Below, one piece after another: positions 1-13,789 of a DNA stretch of 64,000 nt. Made by a program: the position numbers and the translations under genes. Source of the DNA: Squalus acanthias. Lineage: Eukaryota. Position 1 is the first letter of the stretch. Every line of letters begins with the position of its first letter. A model generated the notes under the pieces. That model had not been told where the DNA came from. It worked only from the letters and a program-made list of their open reading frames with translations, and searched no databases. The stretch is from contig CM059431.1 of the NCBI GenBank assembly GCA_030390025.1, forward strand, positions 100,132,001-100,196,000, written 5' to 3'.

Positions 1-1000
1 CACTCTCGCCTCTGAGTCAGAAGGTTGTGGGTTCAAATCCCACTCCAGAGACTCGAGCACATAATCTGGGCTGACACTCCAGCGCAGTACTGAGGGAGCG
101 CCGCACTGTCAGAGGGGCAGTACTGAGGGAGCCCTGCACTGTCGGAGGGGCAGTACTGAGGGAGTGCCGCACTGTCAGAGGGGCAGTACTGAGGGAGCGC
201 CGCACTGTCGGAGGGGCAGTACTGAGGGAGTGCCGCACTGTCGGAGGGGCGGTGCTGAGGGAGCCCCGCACTGTCGGAGGGGCAGTACTGAGGGAGCTCC
301 GCACTGTCGGAGGAGCAGTACTGAGGGAGCGCCGCACTGTCGGAGGGGCAGTACTGAGGGAGCGGCGCACTGTCGGAGGGGCGGTACTGAGGGAGCGGCG
401 CACTGTCGGAGGGGCGGTGCTGAGGGAGCGCTGCACTGTCGGAGGGGAAGTACTGAGGGAGTGCTGCACTGTCGGAGGGGCAGTACTGAGGGAGCGCCGC
501 ACTGTTGGAGGGGCAGTACTGAGGGAGCGCCGCACTGTCGGAGGTGCAGTACTGAGGGAGCGCCGCACTGTCGGAGGGGCAGTACTGAGGGAGCGCCGCA
601 CTGTCGGAGGGGCAGTACTGAGGGAGCGCCGCACTGTCGGAGGGGCAGTACTGAGGGAGCGCCGCACTGTCGGAGGTGCCGTTTTTCGGATGAGGCGTTA
701 AACCAAGGCCCGTCTGCCCTCTCAGGTGGATGTAAAAGATCCCATGGCCACTATTTCGAAGAAGAGCTGGGGAGTTCTCCCCGGTGTCCTGGCCAATATT
801 TATCCCTCAACCAACATCACTAAAACAGATCATCAGGTCATTATCACATTGCTGTTTGTGGGATCATGCTGTGCGCAAATTGGCTGCCATGTTTCCTACA
901 TTACAACAGTGACAACACTTCAAAAGTACTTCATTGGCTGTAAAGCTTTGGGACGTCCTGAGATCGTGATAGGCGCGAAAGAAATGCAAGTCTTACTTTT
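1..1000 (+). mobile_element. tRNA-derived DeuSINE (SacSINE1-like) with about 18 internal 33-bp units (85-675)
   Basis: B box GGTTCAAATCC near 30; tandem AGTACTGAGGGAGCGCCGCACTGTCGGAGGGGC; Deu-domain-like GGAGGTGCCGT..TTCGGATGAG..GTTAAACC; L2-like tail ending AAATGCAAGTC. Head cut by the window edge. Confidence 0.85.
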
Positions 1001-1003
1001 CTT

Positions 1004-1490
1004 TTATTGCCCATCCCTAATTGCCCTCGAGAAGGTGGTGCTGAGCCGCCTTCTTGAACCGCTGTAGTCCGTGTGGTGAAGGTACTCCCACAGTGCTGTT
1101 AGGGAGGGAGTTCCAGGATTTTGACCCAGCGATGATAAAGAACGGCCGATATATTTCCAAGTCAGGATGGTGTGTGACTTGGAGGTGCTGCTGTTCCCAT
1201 TCACCTGCTGCCCTTGTCCTTCAAGGTGGAAGAGGTTGCGGGTTTGGGAGGTGCTGCCGAAGAAGCCTTGGCGAGTTGCTGCAGTGCATCCTGTAGATGG
1301 TACACACTGCAGCCACGGTGCGCCGGTGGTGGAGGGAGTGAATGTTTAAGGTGGTGGATGGGGTGCCAATCAAACCGGGTGCTTTTTCCTGGATGGTGTC
1401 GAGCTTCTTGAGTGTTGTTTGAGCTGCACTCATCCAGGCAAGTGGAGAGTATTCCATCACACTCCTGACTTATGCCTTGTAGATGGTGGA
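1004..1490 (-). mobile_element. 3' fragment of a CR1-group (Zenon-like) LINE
   Basis: Minus ORF MEYSPLAWMSAAQTTLKKLDTIQEKA; reverse complement of about 2262-2720. Confidence 0.8.
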
Positions 1491-1544
1491 AACTAGCGTG
1501 ACATAAGATGTATCACTAATGTAAACACCTGCTTTATTCGTTCG

Positions 1545-2768
1545 CAACCATCTTCAACCAGAAGTGCCGAGTGGATGATCCATATCGGCCTACTCCTGAG
1601 GTCCCCACCATCACAGAAGCCAGTCTTCAGCCAATTCGATTCACTCCACCTGACATCAAGAAATGGCTGAGCGCACTGAATACAGCAAAGGCTGTGGGCC
1701 CCAACAATATCCCGGCTGTCGTGCTGAAGACTTGTGCTCCAGAACTAGCCATGCCTCTAGCACAAAGGAAGATGGTTGTGGTGGTTGGAGGTCAATTATC
1801 ACAGCCCCAGGACATTGCTGCAGGATAGTGTCTGAGGCCCAACCATCTTCAGCTGCTTCATGAATGAACTTCCCTCCATCATAAGTTCAGAAGTGGGGAT
1901 GTTAACTGATTGCACAGTGTACAGATCCATTCGCAATTCCTCAGATAATGAAGCAGTCCATGCAGCAAGACCTGAATGACATTCAGGATTGGGCTGATAA
2001 GTGGCAAGTAACATTTGCGCCACACAAGTGCAAGGCAATGACCATCTCCAACAAGAGAAAGTCTAGCCACTGCCCCTTGACATTCAACGGCATTACCAGC
2101 ACCAAATCCCCCACCATCAATATCCTGGGGGTCACCATTGACCAGAAACTTAACTGGATCAGCCACAAATACTGTGGGAACAAGAGCAGGTCAGAGGCTG
2201 GGTATTCTGCAGCGAGTGTCTCACCTCCTGACTCCCCAAAGCCTTTCCACCATCTACAAGGCACAAGTCAGGAGTGTGATGGAATACTCTCCACTTGCCT
2301 GGATGAGTGCAGCTCCAACAACACTCAAGAAGCTCGACACCATCCAGGACAAAGCAGCCCACTTGATCGGCACCCCATCCACCACCTTAAACATTCACTC
2401 CCTCGACCACCGGCGCACCGTGGCTGCAGTGTGTACCGTCTACAAGATGCACGGCAGCACCTCCCAAACCCGCGACCTCTTCCACCTAGAAGGACAAGGG
2501 CAGCAGGCGCATGGGAACACCACCACCTGCAAGTTCCCCTGCAAGTCACACACCATCCTGACTTGGAAATATATCGCCGTTCCTTCATCGTCGCTGGGTC
2601 AAAATCCTGGAACTCCCTCCCTAACAGCACTGTTGGGAGCACCTTCACCACACGGACTGCAGCAGTTCAAGAAGGCGGCTCACCACCACCTTCTCGAGGG
2701 CAATTAGGGACGGACAATAAATGCCGGCCTTGCCAGCGACGCCCAGATCCCGTAAACAAATAAAAAAA
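1545..2768 (+). mobile_element. Internally deleted, decayed CR1-group (Zenon-like) LINE with 3' end
   Basis: RT fragments WADKWQVTFAPHKC and YKAQVRSVMEYSPLAW; frameshifts; A-rich 3' end at about 2755-2768. Confidence 0.8.
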
Positions 2769-3349
2769 GAATTTTGTAAGAAAGATGGACTCCTGCAAAG
2801 ACAAGTAAGGTTTTGCCGTTTAGATTCAATGCAGGTCTTTAGAATCTGCTGGTCCTGCAGGTTTGGTTGAATATTTGGAGGGTGAGTCATTTACTGTCTG
2901 ATTCCTCAAGGGTAGACGTTGTTATGATTTAATCCTATTAGCGCGAGCCAGAAGAATTGGAAGGCAGTGGAAAAGTGGAAAACTAATGCTGGATGGGTAA
3001 ATAACGTTTTTGTAAGATGCATGTTTAAATGCCAAGTGAGCAGACCCATTCCTAACACTTTGTTGCATGTAATCATTGTACAAAAACAGTTTAATATAGT
3101 AATGCTGCTTATTCCATGTAAGTGTTCTTTAATATGCAAAGCTTGCCTAATTTTCTAGTAATGGAGATTGTTACTGCCAGGAATAGTGGCTGGGGCCAGG
3201 ATTCTAGACTCTTAACAGCTAGATTCTGTGATGGGATGGCAGTTATTCTAAAAGAATGAGATTAAATGGTCTGTAAAGGTTTATTCATTGATCCTGCCTT
3301 ATGATCCTTTGATAAATTTATTCTGATTGTGACATTTATGCATTTTTTA

Positions 3350-3710
3350 GAATAGAATCATAGAATAGAACCTCACAGCACAGCAGGAGGCCATTCAGGC
3401 CCATCGTGCCTGTGCCGGCTCTTTGAAAGAGCTCTCCAATTAGTCCCACTCCCCCCTGCTCTTTCCCCGTAGCCCGTACTATTACAGTCATGATAGAAAA
3501 GTGTATGGCCGTTCCAGTTTGAGATGGATACCATTGTTTATGGACAAACACTGTAAATTGGACATTGTTACGGGTTAATTATTAATTTATGTTATAAGCA
3601 GGGACAGGGTACTGAATTTGGATGATCAGCCATGATCTCATTGAATGGCGGAACAGGCTCGAGGGGCCGAATGGCCTACTCCTGCTCCTATCTTCTATAT
3701 TTCTATGTTT
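3350..3710. mobile_element. Two short CR1/HER1 3' tails (3350-3480 minus; about 3595-3710 plus)
   Basis: GGCCATTC..GCCCATCG and GGGCCGAATGGCCT..TCCTG tail motifs shared with the longer CR1 copies. Confidence 0.75.
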
Positions 3711-3834
3711 ACACTGTACTGCAAAATTAAACAAACCATTTCTGAACGAGAAACACTGATTTTAGAAAATCTGTTCATTAGGATTAAAATGTCGAATCAC
3801 ATTTTCACACCTGTTTCTTCAAATTGGCCTTTAG

Positions 3835-4008
<174 letters not shown>

Positions 4009-4098
4009 TAACAGATAATTGTGTACTTTAATTAAAGGGATGTCTCAATGCGCAAGTCTGGGAGCAGAGAGTCCATGGGTAAATATTTATCTGGTGCA

Positions 4099-5080
4099 CT
4101 TCTTCTTTCGTATGGTGGGAGCAAAGCAAATCAGATGTCAATATCTCAGTCAGATATCCAGGCCAAAGCTTCCGGTGTAACAGCGTGGATATCTTGTAGG
4201 CTGCCTGCCAATTTCCTCTGAGGGCAGTGCTCAATGATGTGCTCCAGGGTCTGATCAGGAGCTCCACAGTCGCATGATGGGGATGCTTTAATCTTCCATC
4301 GATGGAGAAGGTGGCAGCATCTACCATGACTGATTCTGAGGCGGTTGATGGTTGTCCACTGTTTGCGAGGAAGGTTTGATCCTTCAGGTTGTACTGTGGG
4401 GTCCTCTATAAGGAATCCATTCCGTATGTCGCAGTTCCTCCAAGCATTTCGCCATCGGTCATCAAGGCTGAGGGGGGATTGCTGAAGGGCTTCGGCGATG
4501 GTCCAAAGAGGCCTTCTAGATTTGAGACGGGTTGGTGGTAGGTTGTTCAAGTCGGCCTGGATCGGCATGTCTTTGCTGGTGTAGCGGTTGTATTCTCTGG
4601 AGACTGCATATTCGCGGCGTAGGTGTGGTGGTGCGATGTTTGCAAGCACGGGCAGCCAAGGTGTTGGTGTCGATAAAAGTGTACCGGTGATAATTCTCAG
4701 TAGAATTGAGCTGGACATGCGGACTCGATAGCCACGCTGGAGAGCAGTACTCCACTGTAGCGTACACCAGGGCGAGTGCTGCCGTACAAAGGGCTGTAAT
4801 CTCTTGTTGCACGTGATCATTTTAACCGGGGAGGACATTTTCGGGAGGCTGAAATTTCTGAGTGGTCGGGAGCGCGGACCTGCAGAGCAGCGCAGGTTTC
4901 TGAGGCCGCTGCAAGTCTACGAGCTGCTGCAAGAATTGGGGCCGGGGGAAGGGTCAGTCCTGATCTCCACCCAAGGGCAGCATCCTCCTCGGTGAGCCGC
5001 CCAGAACACATGGAATGAGATGGTGCCACACGTTCGGGCAACCTACCGTCGCCCAGAGAGCACATCTGCATGGACAGAAA
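4099..5080 (-). mobile_element. Ingi/Vingi-like non-LTR retrotransposon, apparently internally deleted
   Basis: Minus ORF with TPWLPVLANIAPPHLRR, WTTINRLRISHGRC and C-terminal CDCG..QT..HI...CP zinc knuckle; 3' end CCATACGAAAGAAGAAG; no endonuclease or RT core. Clade assigned from recalled motifs; 5' boundary uncertain. Confidence 0.65.
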
Positions 5081-5133
5081 ACATTTAGAAACCTCACAGC
5101 ATGAAATAAGGCAAGAACGCCCGCCATAAGGAT

Positions 5134-5615
5134 GTCCAGAGGAGATGTACCAGAATGGTTCCAGGGATGATGGACTTCAGTTATGTGGAGAGACTGGAGA
5201 AGCTGGAATTGTTCTCCTTAGAGCAGAGAAGGTTAAGGGGAGATTTAATAGAGGTGTTCAAAATCATGAAGGGTTTTGATCGAATAAATAAGGAGAAACT
5301 GTTTCCACTGGCAGGAGGATTGGTAACCAGAAGGGACAGATTTAAGACTATTGGTAAACAAACCAGTGGGGAGATGAGAAGATTTTTTTGATGTGGCAAG
5401 TTGTTGTGATCTGGAATTCGCTGCCTGAAAGGGCGGTGGAAGCAGATTCAATATTACCTTTCAAAAGGGAATTGGATAAATACTTGAAAAGGAAAAATTT
5501 GTAGGGCTCTGGGGAAAGAGCAGGGGGGAGTGGGACTAATTGGAGAGCTCTTTCAGAGAGCCGGCACAGGCACGATGGGCCAAATGGCCTCATTCTGTGC
5601 TGTACGATTCCATGA
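5134..5615 (+). mobile_element. CR1/HER1 LINE 3' fragment
   Basis: YVERLEKLELFSLEQRRLRGDLIEVFKIMKG plus 3' tail. Confidence 0.9.
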
Positions 5616-5771
5616 AATTTGGGCAGCTTTATAATGGGATTTTCCTTGGGATAAATTTGAAATAAGAGTTTTTGAACGCATAATACCCAATTACTATTTT
5701 AATATCTAATAGATAATTTATTGACAGTATTATAGATTATTGTGACCATATCAATAAATGTGGAACACATT

Positions 5772-6411
5772 GGCTCTGAAATTGCGGTCTCCATGCGGCG
5801 TACTCTCACCATTTGAAAGGCCTTCGCCTTGACAGATTATCCGAACCGCATGGAAAATGAATATTGCTGGCGCAGAGTGGGGCTATTTGCTCAACAACTG
5901 TCCAGCAACTGCCCACTCAACTCTTATGGCTGGTAAAAGCAGGCTTAAATAAAACATTTAGGAAAATCCAAAATTATATACACACACATTTAAATGAGTC
6001 TATGTAAATATTGACCCGGTTTAAGATGTTTGCAACTATTTATCAAAAAATTACATTTTTATTGAGGTTGGTGCAATGAAGGAACTTATGAATAAAATTG
6101 CAATTCAGTGCGTTTATATTTATTAGAATTCCGTACATTGTGTAATTATTTGGGGATTCCATGACATATCATTAGGGGATTCCATGCGTAAATGATTGCA
6201 ATGGAATCCTCCTTTGTGATTGGAGGACCGGGCCCAGGAGATCCCAGGAACACATCCGAGCCACCTGCGTCCCCGGGATCCTTGGGCTTTTCCACTGCCG
6301 TACACCTGGAGGCCTGAGACCGCAACTCTTCGCAGCCTGGAGGTAGGTTCATAAAGGTTTCGCGAGTCGGTCGTACTCCAGAGGTACGCCTCCGACCGCA
6401 ATTTCTAGGCC
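5772..6411. mobile_element. PIF/Harbinger-type MITE
   Basis: TIR GGCTCTGAAATTGCGGTC / GACCGCAATTTCTAGGCC; 3-bp TSD ATT on both sides; AT-rich core. Confidence 0.8.
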
Positions 6412-6510
6412 ATTGACTATTTCAATTATACACAAGAACTATTTGAATGAAATATATTTTTTTTAAATGGTAAAAACCAATGGTATGGCTTTCTCTGAGT
6501 TGAAATTTAA

Positions 6511-7280
<770 letters not shown>

Positions 7281-7344
7281 ACGTGGTTTTCTCCCATTTT
7301 TAACAGCAACTTGTGCTTATATAATGTCTTTAAAGTAATAAAAC

Positions 7345-7550
7345 TCCATCGACCCACCTTGGCTCCACATCCCTTAACGCGATCACCTCTCAAAAATCTA
7401 TCGATCTCAGATTAATAATTGAGCTGGCATCTACTGCTTTCTGTGGAAGAGAGTTCCACACTCCTACCACCCTTTGTGTGAAGAAGTGTTTCCTCACTTC
7501 TCTTGAATGGCCTGGCTCTGATTTTAAGGTTATGTCCCCTTGTCCTAGAC

Positions 7551-7585
<35 letters not shown>

Positions 7586-8080
7586 TGCAGGAAAGTTGCA
7601 CACCAGCCTCCTCCCTCCCACCGTACTTTATCTCACCCTATCAGCGTATCCTTCTATTCCTTTCTCCCTCACGTGTTTATCCAGCTTCCCCTTAAATGCT
7701 ATTCACCTCAACCACTCCCTGTGGTAGCGAGTTCCACATTCTCACCACCCTCTGGGTGAAGATGTTTCTCCTGAATCCCCTATTGAATTTATTAGTGACT
7801 ATCTTATATTTATGGCCCCTAGTTTTGGTCTCCCCCACAAGTAGAAACACCTTCTCTGTGTCTACCCTATCAAACCCCTTCATAATTTTAAAGCCCTCTA
7901 TCGGGTCGACCCTCAGTCTTCTCTTTTCCAGAGAAACGAGCCCCAGCCTGTTCAGTCTTTCCCGATAGTTACAACCTCTCAGTTCTGGTATCATCCGTTG
8001 TAAATCTTTTTTTTTTTTGCGCCTTCTCCAGTGCCTCGATAGCCTTTTTCATAATGTGGAGAGCAGAACTGTGCACAGTT
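7345..8080 (-). mobile_element. Two CR1 fragments separated by a poly-C tract (about 7550-7581)
   Basis: Minus ORFs with SRTRGHNLKI and LEKRRLR..IEGFKIMKGFDRVD. Confidence 0.85.
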
Positions 8081-8374
8081 TATGTCTCACTGCAGAGATG
8101 GATTCAGTCACTTCCACATCACTGAAAGAGGAAGCTTTCAACTGATGCCTAAGAAGAGGTAGCATTTTAAGAGCAATTAAAATAAATTGCTGTGCTTTGC
8201 CGCAGCCTGCTGTAAAAAAAAAAGGCCAAATTGCCCAAACACGTCTTCAAGCAGAATCTGACAGCGGGTTGCCAGGTGTTCCTGGTAATTACAGCAATTC
8301 TTTTCTCTGCCAGTCTACGTGGGAAAATTAGATAGATTTGATGGATAATGTTTTAGCATTCTTGAATAATGTTT

Positions 8375-9157
<783 letters not shown>

Positions 9158-9204
9158 TGATTACTGAGCTTCATTTCTACTCAAGACTCACGTTAATACA
9201 GATC

Positions 9205-9535
9205 CTTTCACCACCTCAGGACGTCCCAAAGCGCTTTCCAGCCAATCAAGTACTTTTGGAGTGTGGTCACTGTTGTAATGTGGGAAATCCAGCAGCCAAT
9301 CTGCGCACAGCAAGCTCCCAAAAATAGCAATGTGATAATGACCAGATCATCTGTTTTAGTGATGTTGATTGAGGGATAAATATTGGCCCCAGGACATCGG
9401 GGAGAACTCCCCTGCTCTTCTTCGAAATAGTGGCCGTGGGATCTTTTAAGTCCACCTGAGAGAGCAGACAGGGCCTCGGTTTAACGTCTCATCTGAAAGA
9501 CGGCACCTCTGACAGTGCAGCGGAGCTCCCTCAGT
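9205..9535 (-). mobile_element. DeuSINE body (headless), inverted partner of 9920-10248
   Basis: Reverse complement of the Deu domain and tail. Confidence 0.85.
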
Positions 9536-10248
9536 ACAGCACCGCACTGTCGGAGGGGCAGTGCTGAGGGAGCGGCGCACTGTCGGAGGGGCAGTACTGA
9601 GGGAGCGCTGCACTGTCGGAGAGGCAGTACTGAGGGAGCGCTGCACTGTCGGAGGGTCAGTACTGAGGGAGCGCCGCACTGTCGGAGGGGCAGTACTGAG
9701 GGAGCGCCGCACTGTCGGAGGGGCAGTACTGAGGGAGCGGCGCACTGTCGGAGGGGCAGTGCTGAGGGAGCGCCGCACTGTCGGAGGGGCAGTGCTGAGG
9801 GAGCGCCGCACTGTCGAAGGCGCAGTACGGAGGGAGCGCCGCACTGTCGGAGGGACAGTACTGAGGGAGCGCTGCACTGTCGGAGGGGCAGTACTGAGGG
9901 AGCGCCGCACTGTCGGAGGTGCTGTCTTTCAGATGAGACGTTTAACCAAGGTCCCGTCTGCTCTCTCAGGTGGACGTAAAAGATCCCATGGCACTATTTC
10001 GAAGAAGAGCAGGGGAGTTCTCCCCGGTGTCCTGGGGCCAATATTTATCCCTCAAACCAACATCACTAAAAACAGATTATCTGGTCATTATGACATTGCT
10101 ATTTGTGGGAGCTTGCTGTGCGCAAATTGGCTGCCGCGTTTCCTACATTACAGCAGTGACTACACTTCAAAAGCACTTCATTGGCTGTAAAGCGCTTTGG
10201 GACATCCTGAGGTTGTGAAAAGCGCTATAGAAATGCAAGTCTTTCTAT
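9536..10248 (+). mobile_element. Headless DeuSINE with about 11-12 33-bp units (9540-9920)
   Basis: Array followed by the Deu domain and tail. Confidence 0.85.
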
Positions 10249-10984
10249 TGTTTGCAAAATGCTTACTGGCTTAATTTTAAATTGTACAAAGTGTTCCCTA
10301 TGAAACTGGTATAATTTCCATCACTGTTGATTGCATGTGACAGAAGACTTTCAAAACCCGTGTGATATTCCTGTAACAAGCTTTTGGTACTCACTTGAGA
10401 GCTGTCGGCTACAATGATGAGAGATGTTTCAATGGCCAGGCTGAATTACAATGGCAATTACAATGCTGATGGGAATCCTGCGAACAGCAGAATTCAAGGT
10501 TTTCGCAGCTTAAAAAGCACTCGAGCAGTTTTCCGTAAAGAGCTCTTCACTAAGTAACCGCTGCGCATTTTCACCAGAGCTTCACCCCCTTCACCTCAGC
10601 AAGAGACCCTGAATGATTTTAACTCTTGATCCGAGAAACTGCTCTTTTCCTTTTTTTTAGCCAATAGTGGGTTATTCAAAGCTTTTCAGGATCAATAAGC
10701 TGATTGCATCAATAATTTGATAAGGAAGTTGGACGGGTTCTGGAGGATGAGGAACTGACCGGGTGACGGACAAACAGCGGGGATGTGGGACTGAGCACGA
10801 CCGCTCTTTCGAAGAGCCAGCACAGGCATGATGGGCCGAGCGGCCTCCATCTGTGCTGTAAGTCTCTGAGAATAAAAGCTCTTGGTTTGCTCATAGTTTT
10901 GTTGTGAGCTGAAATGTGGGGTTTATTTCCCACATAGGTGACCAGCCAATCAAAATCAGTTGCAATTAGGAGGTAACTTGCTCC

Positions 10985-13780
10985 GAGTCCCGTTCACCCA
11001 TCACCCCCCCTGTGCTTGCTGACCGACATTGGCTCCCGGTCCAGCAACACCTCAATTTTAAAATTCTCATCCTTGTTTTCATAACCCTCCATGGCCTCGC
11101 CCCTCCCTATCTCTGTAAGAACATAAGAACATAAGAAATAGGAGCAGGAGTAGGCCAATCGGCCCCTCGAGCCTGCTCCGCCATTCAATAAGATCATGGC
11201 TGATCTGATCCTAACCGCCAATCTACTATCTATCACAGAACCATCTCCTGCATCTAACAGAATTGCACACACGAAATAGGAGCAGAATCAGGCTACACGG
11301 TCCCTGGGCCCGTTCCACTACCCACAGGGGCATGACCGATCCGAACCTAGACTCATGTCCAAATTCCTGCCCGCTCCCCGTAACCCTTAATGCCCTTTAC
11401 TTCTAGGAAACTGTCTATTTCTGTTTTAAATTTATTTAATGATGTAGCTTCTACAGCTTTTTGTGGCAGCATATTCCATGGACCTACCACCCTCTGAGTG
11501 AAGTAGTTCCTCCTCATCTCAGTTTTGAAAGAGCAGCCCCTTATTCTAAGACTATGTCCCCTAGTTCTAGTCTCACCCGTCATCGGGAACATCCTCCCCG
11601 CATCCACCCGATCCAACCCCTTCACAATCTTATATGTTTCAATAAGATCGCCTCTCATTCTTCTAAACTCCAATGAGTAGAGTCCCAATCTACCCAACCT
11701 CTCCTCATATGACCACCCCCTCATCCCCGGGATTAACCGAGTGAACCTTTTTTGCACTGCCTCGAGAGCAAGGATGTCTTTCCTTAAGTAAGGACACCAA
11801 AACTGTATGCAGTATTCCAGGTGCGGTCTCACCAATACCTTGTACAACTGAAGCAATACTTTCCTATTTTTATATTCTATCCCCCTAGCAATGAAAGCCA
11901 ACATTCCATTTGCCTTCTTAATCACTTGCTGCACCTGCATACTAACCTTTTGAGTTTCGTGCACCAGGACCCCCAGATCCCTTTGCACTTCAGTACTCTC
12001 CAGTTTCTTGCCATTAAGATAATAAATTGCTCTAGGATTTTTCCTGCCAAAGTGCATCACCTCACACTTTCCAGTGTTGTATTCCATCTGCCAAATCTCT
12101 GCCCACTTACTTAGCCTGTCTATGTCCCCTTGCAGGTTTTTTATGTCCTCCTCACTCACTACTTTCCCACCCATCTTTGTATCATCTGCAAATTTTGATA
12201 TGTTACACTTGGTCCCTTCCTCCAAATTGTTAATATAGATTGTAAAGAGTTGGGGACCCAGCACTGACCCCTGTGGAACACCACTAGTTACTGATTGCCA
12301 GTCTGAGAATGAACCATTTATCCCAACTCTTTGCTTTCTGTTAGATAGCCAATCCTCTATCCATGCCAGAATATTACCCCCAATCCCGTGATTTTTTACC
12401 TTAAGCAATAATCTTTTGTGTGGCACCTTGTCAAATGCCTTTTGGAAGTCTAAATACACTACGTCCACTGGTTCCCCTTTATCCACTCTATATGTTACTT
12501 CCTCAAAGAACTCCAGCAAATTTGTCAAACATGACTTCCCTTTCGTAAAACCATGCTGACTTTGTCCTATTAAATTATGATTATCCAAATGTCCTGTTAC
12601 TGTTTCCTTAATAATGGACTCCAAAATTTTACCTACCACAGATGTTAGGCTAACCGGTCTATAGTTACCAGCCTTCTGTCTACTGCCCTTTTTAAATAAG
12701 GGTGTTACATTAGCAGTTTTCCAGTCTGCCGGGACCTTAGCGGAATCCAGGGAGTTTTGAAAAATTATTACCAATGCATCTACAATCCCTACCGCCACTT
12801 CCTTCAAGACTCTAGGATGTAAGCCATCAGGTCCAGGTGATTTATCCGCCTTGAGTCCCATTATTTTACCGAGTACCACTTCCTTAGTGATTTTGATCGT
12901 GTTTAGCTCCTCTCCCCCTATAGCCCCCTGTTTGTCCAGTGTTGGGATATTCTTAGTGTCCTCTACTGTAAAGACTGATACAAAATATTCATTCAGTGTT
13001 TTTGCCATCTCCATATTTCCCACCATTAATTTCCCGGTCTCATCCTCTAAGGGACCAACATTTACTTTAGCCACCCTTTTTCTTTTTATATAACTATAAA
13101 AACTCTTACTGTCTGTTTTTATATTTTTTGCTAATTTACTTTCATAATCTATCTTCCCTTTCTTAATCAATCTTTTTGTTATTTTTTGCTGCCTTTTAAA
13201 GTTTTCCCAATCCTCTGTCCTCCCACTAGATTTCGCTACCTTATATGCCCTTGTTTTTAGTCGAATACTATCCTTAATTTCTTTACTTAGCCACGGATGA
13301 CTGTCCTTTCTTTTACACCCTTTTCTTTTCAGTGGAATATATTTTTTTTGGAAGTTGTAAAATAACTCCTTGAATGTACACCACTGATCATGTGTCGTCT
13401 TACCCTTTAATCTATTTTCCCAATCCACTCTACTCAATTCCGCTCGCATACCTCCTCCAGCCTACAACCCCCCGAGATCGCTGCGCTCCTCCAATTCTGG
13501 CCTCTTGCGCATCCCTGATTTTCATCGTTCTACCATTGGCGGCCGTGCCTTCAGCTACCTGGGCCCTGAGCTCTGGAATTCCCTCCCTAAACCGCTCCGC
13601 CTCTCTCTCCTCTTTTAAGACGCTCCTTAAAACCTACCTCTGTGACCAAGCTTTTGGTCACCTGTCCCTAATATCTCCTTATGGGGCTCGGTGTCAAATT
13701 TTGTCTGATAATTGCTCCTCTGAAGCATCTTAGGCATTTTACTATGTTTAAGGTGCTGTATAAATACAAGCTGCTGCTGT
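10985..13780 (+). mobile_element. L2 LINE 3' fragment split by the CR1 insertion (10985-11118 and 13451-13780)
   Basis: ...CCCTATCTCTGTAA | CCTCCTCCAGCC... is contiguous in other L2 copies (e.g. about 60585-60610). Confidence 0.85.
11119..13450 (-). mobile_element. Young 5'-truncated CR1 LINE with an uninterrupted 698-aa RT-containing ORF2 segment (11353-13449)
   Basis: KSPGPDG, NYRPVSLTS, QHGF, YLDFQKAFDKV, GVPQGSVLGP, FADD motifs; (TTCTTATG)n tail; no endonuclease domain. Confidence 0.95.
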
Positions 13781-13789
13781 CGCAGTTAA

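Noticed and set aside
684..710. Hammerhead-like GATGAG...AAAC in the Deu domain
   Set aside because: Lacks CUGANGA, GAAA and a stem II.
17..823. Long repetitive ORFs (RRSLSTAPPTV, GSTEGAPHCRR, VLRERRTVGGA) here and at every array
   Set aside because: By-product of a 33-bp unit that is stop-free in most frames; they lie inside SINEs and have no gene structure.
4935..4975. 2A-like peptide (..SPGP) in the Vingi-like 5' region
   Set aside because: No DxExNPGP consensus.
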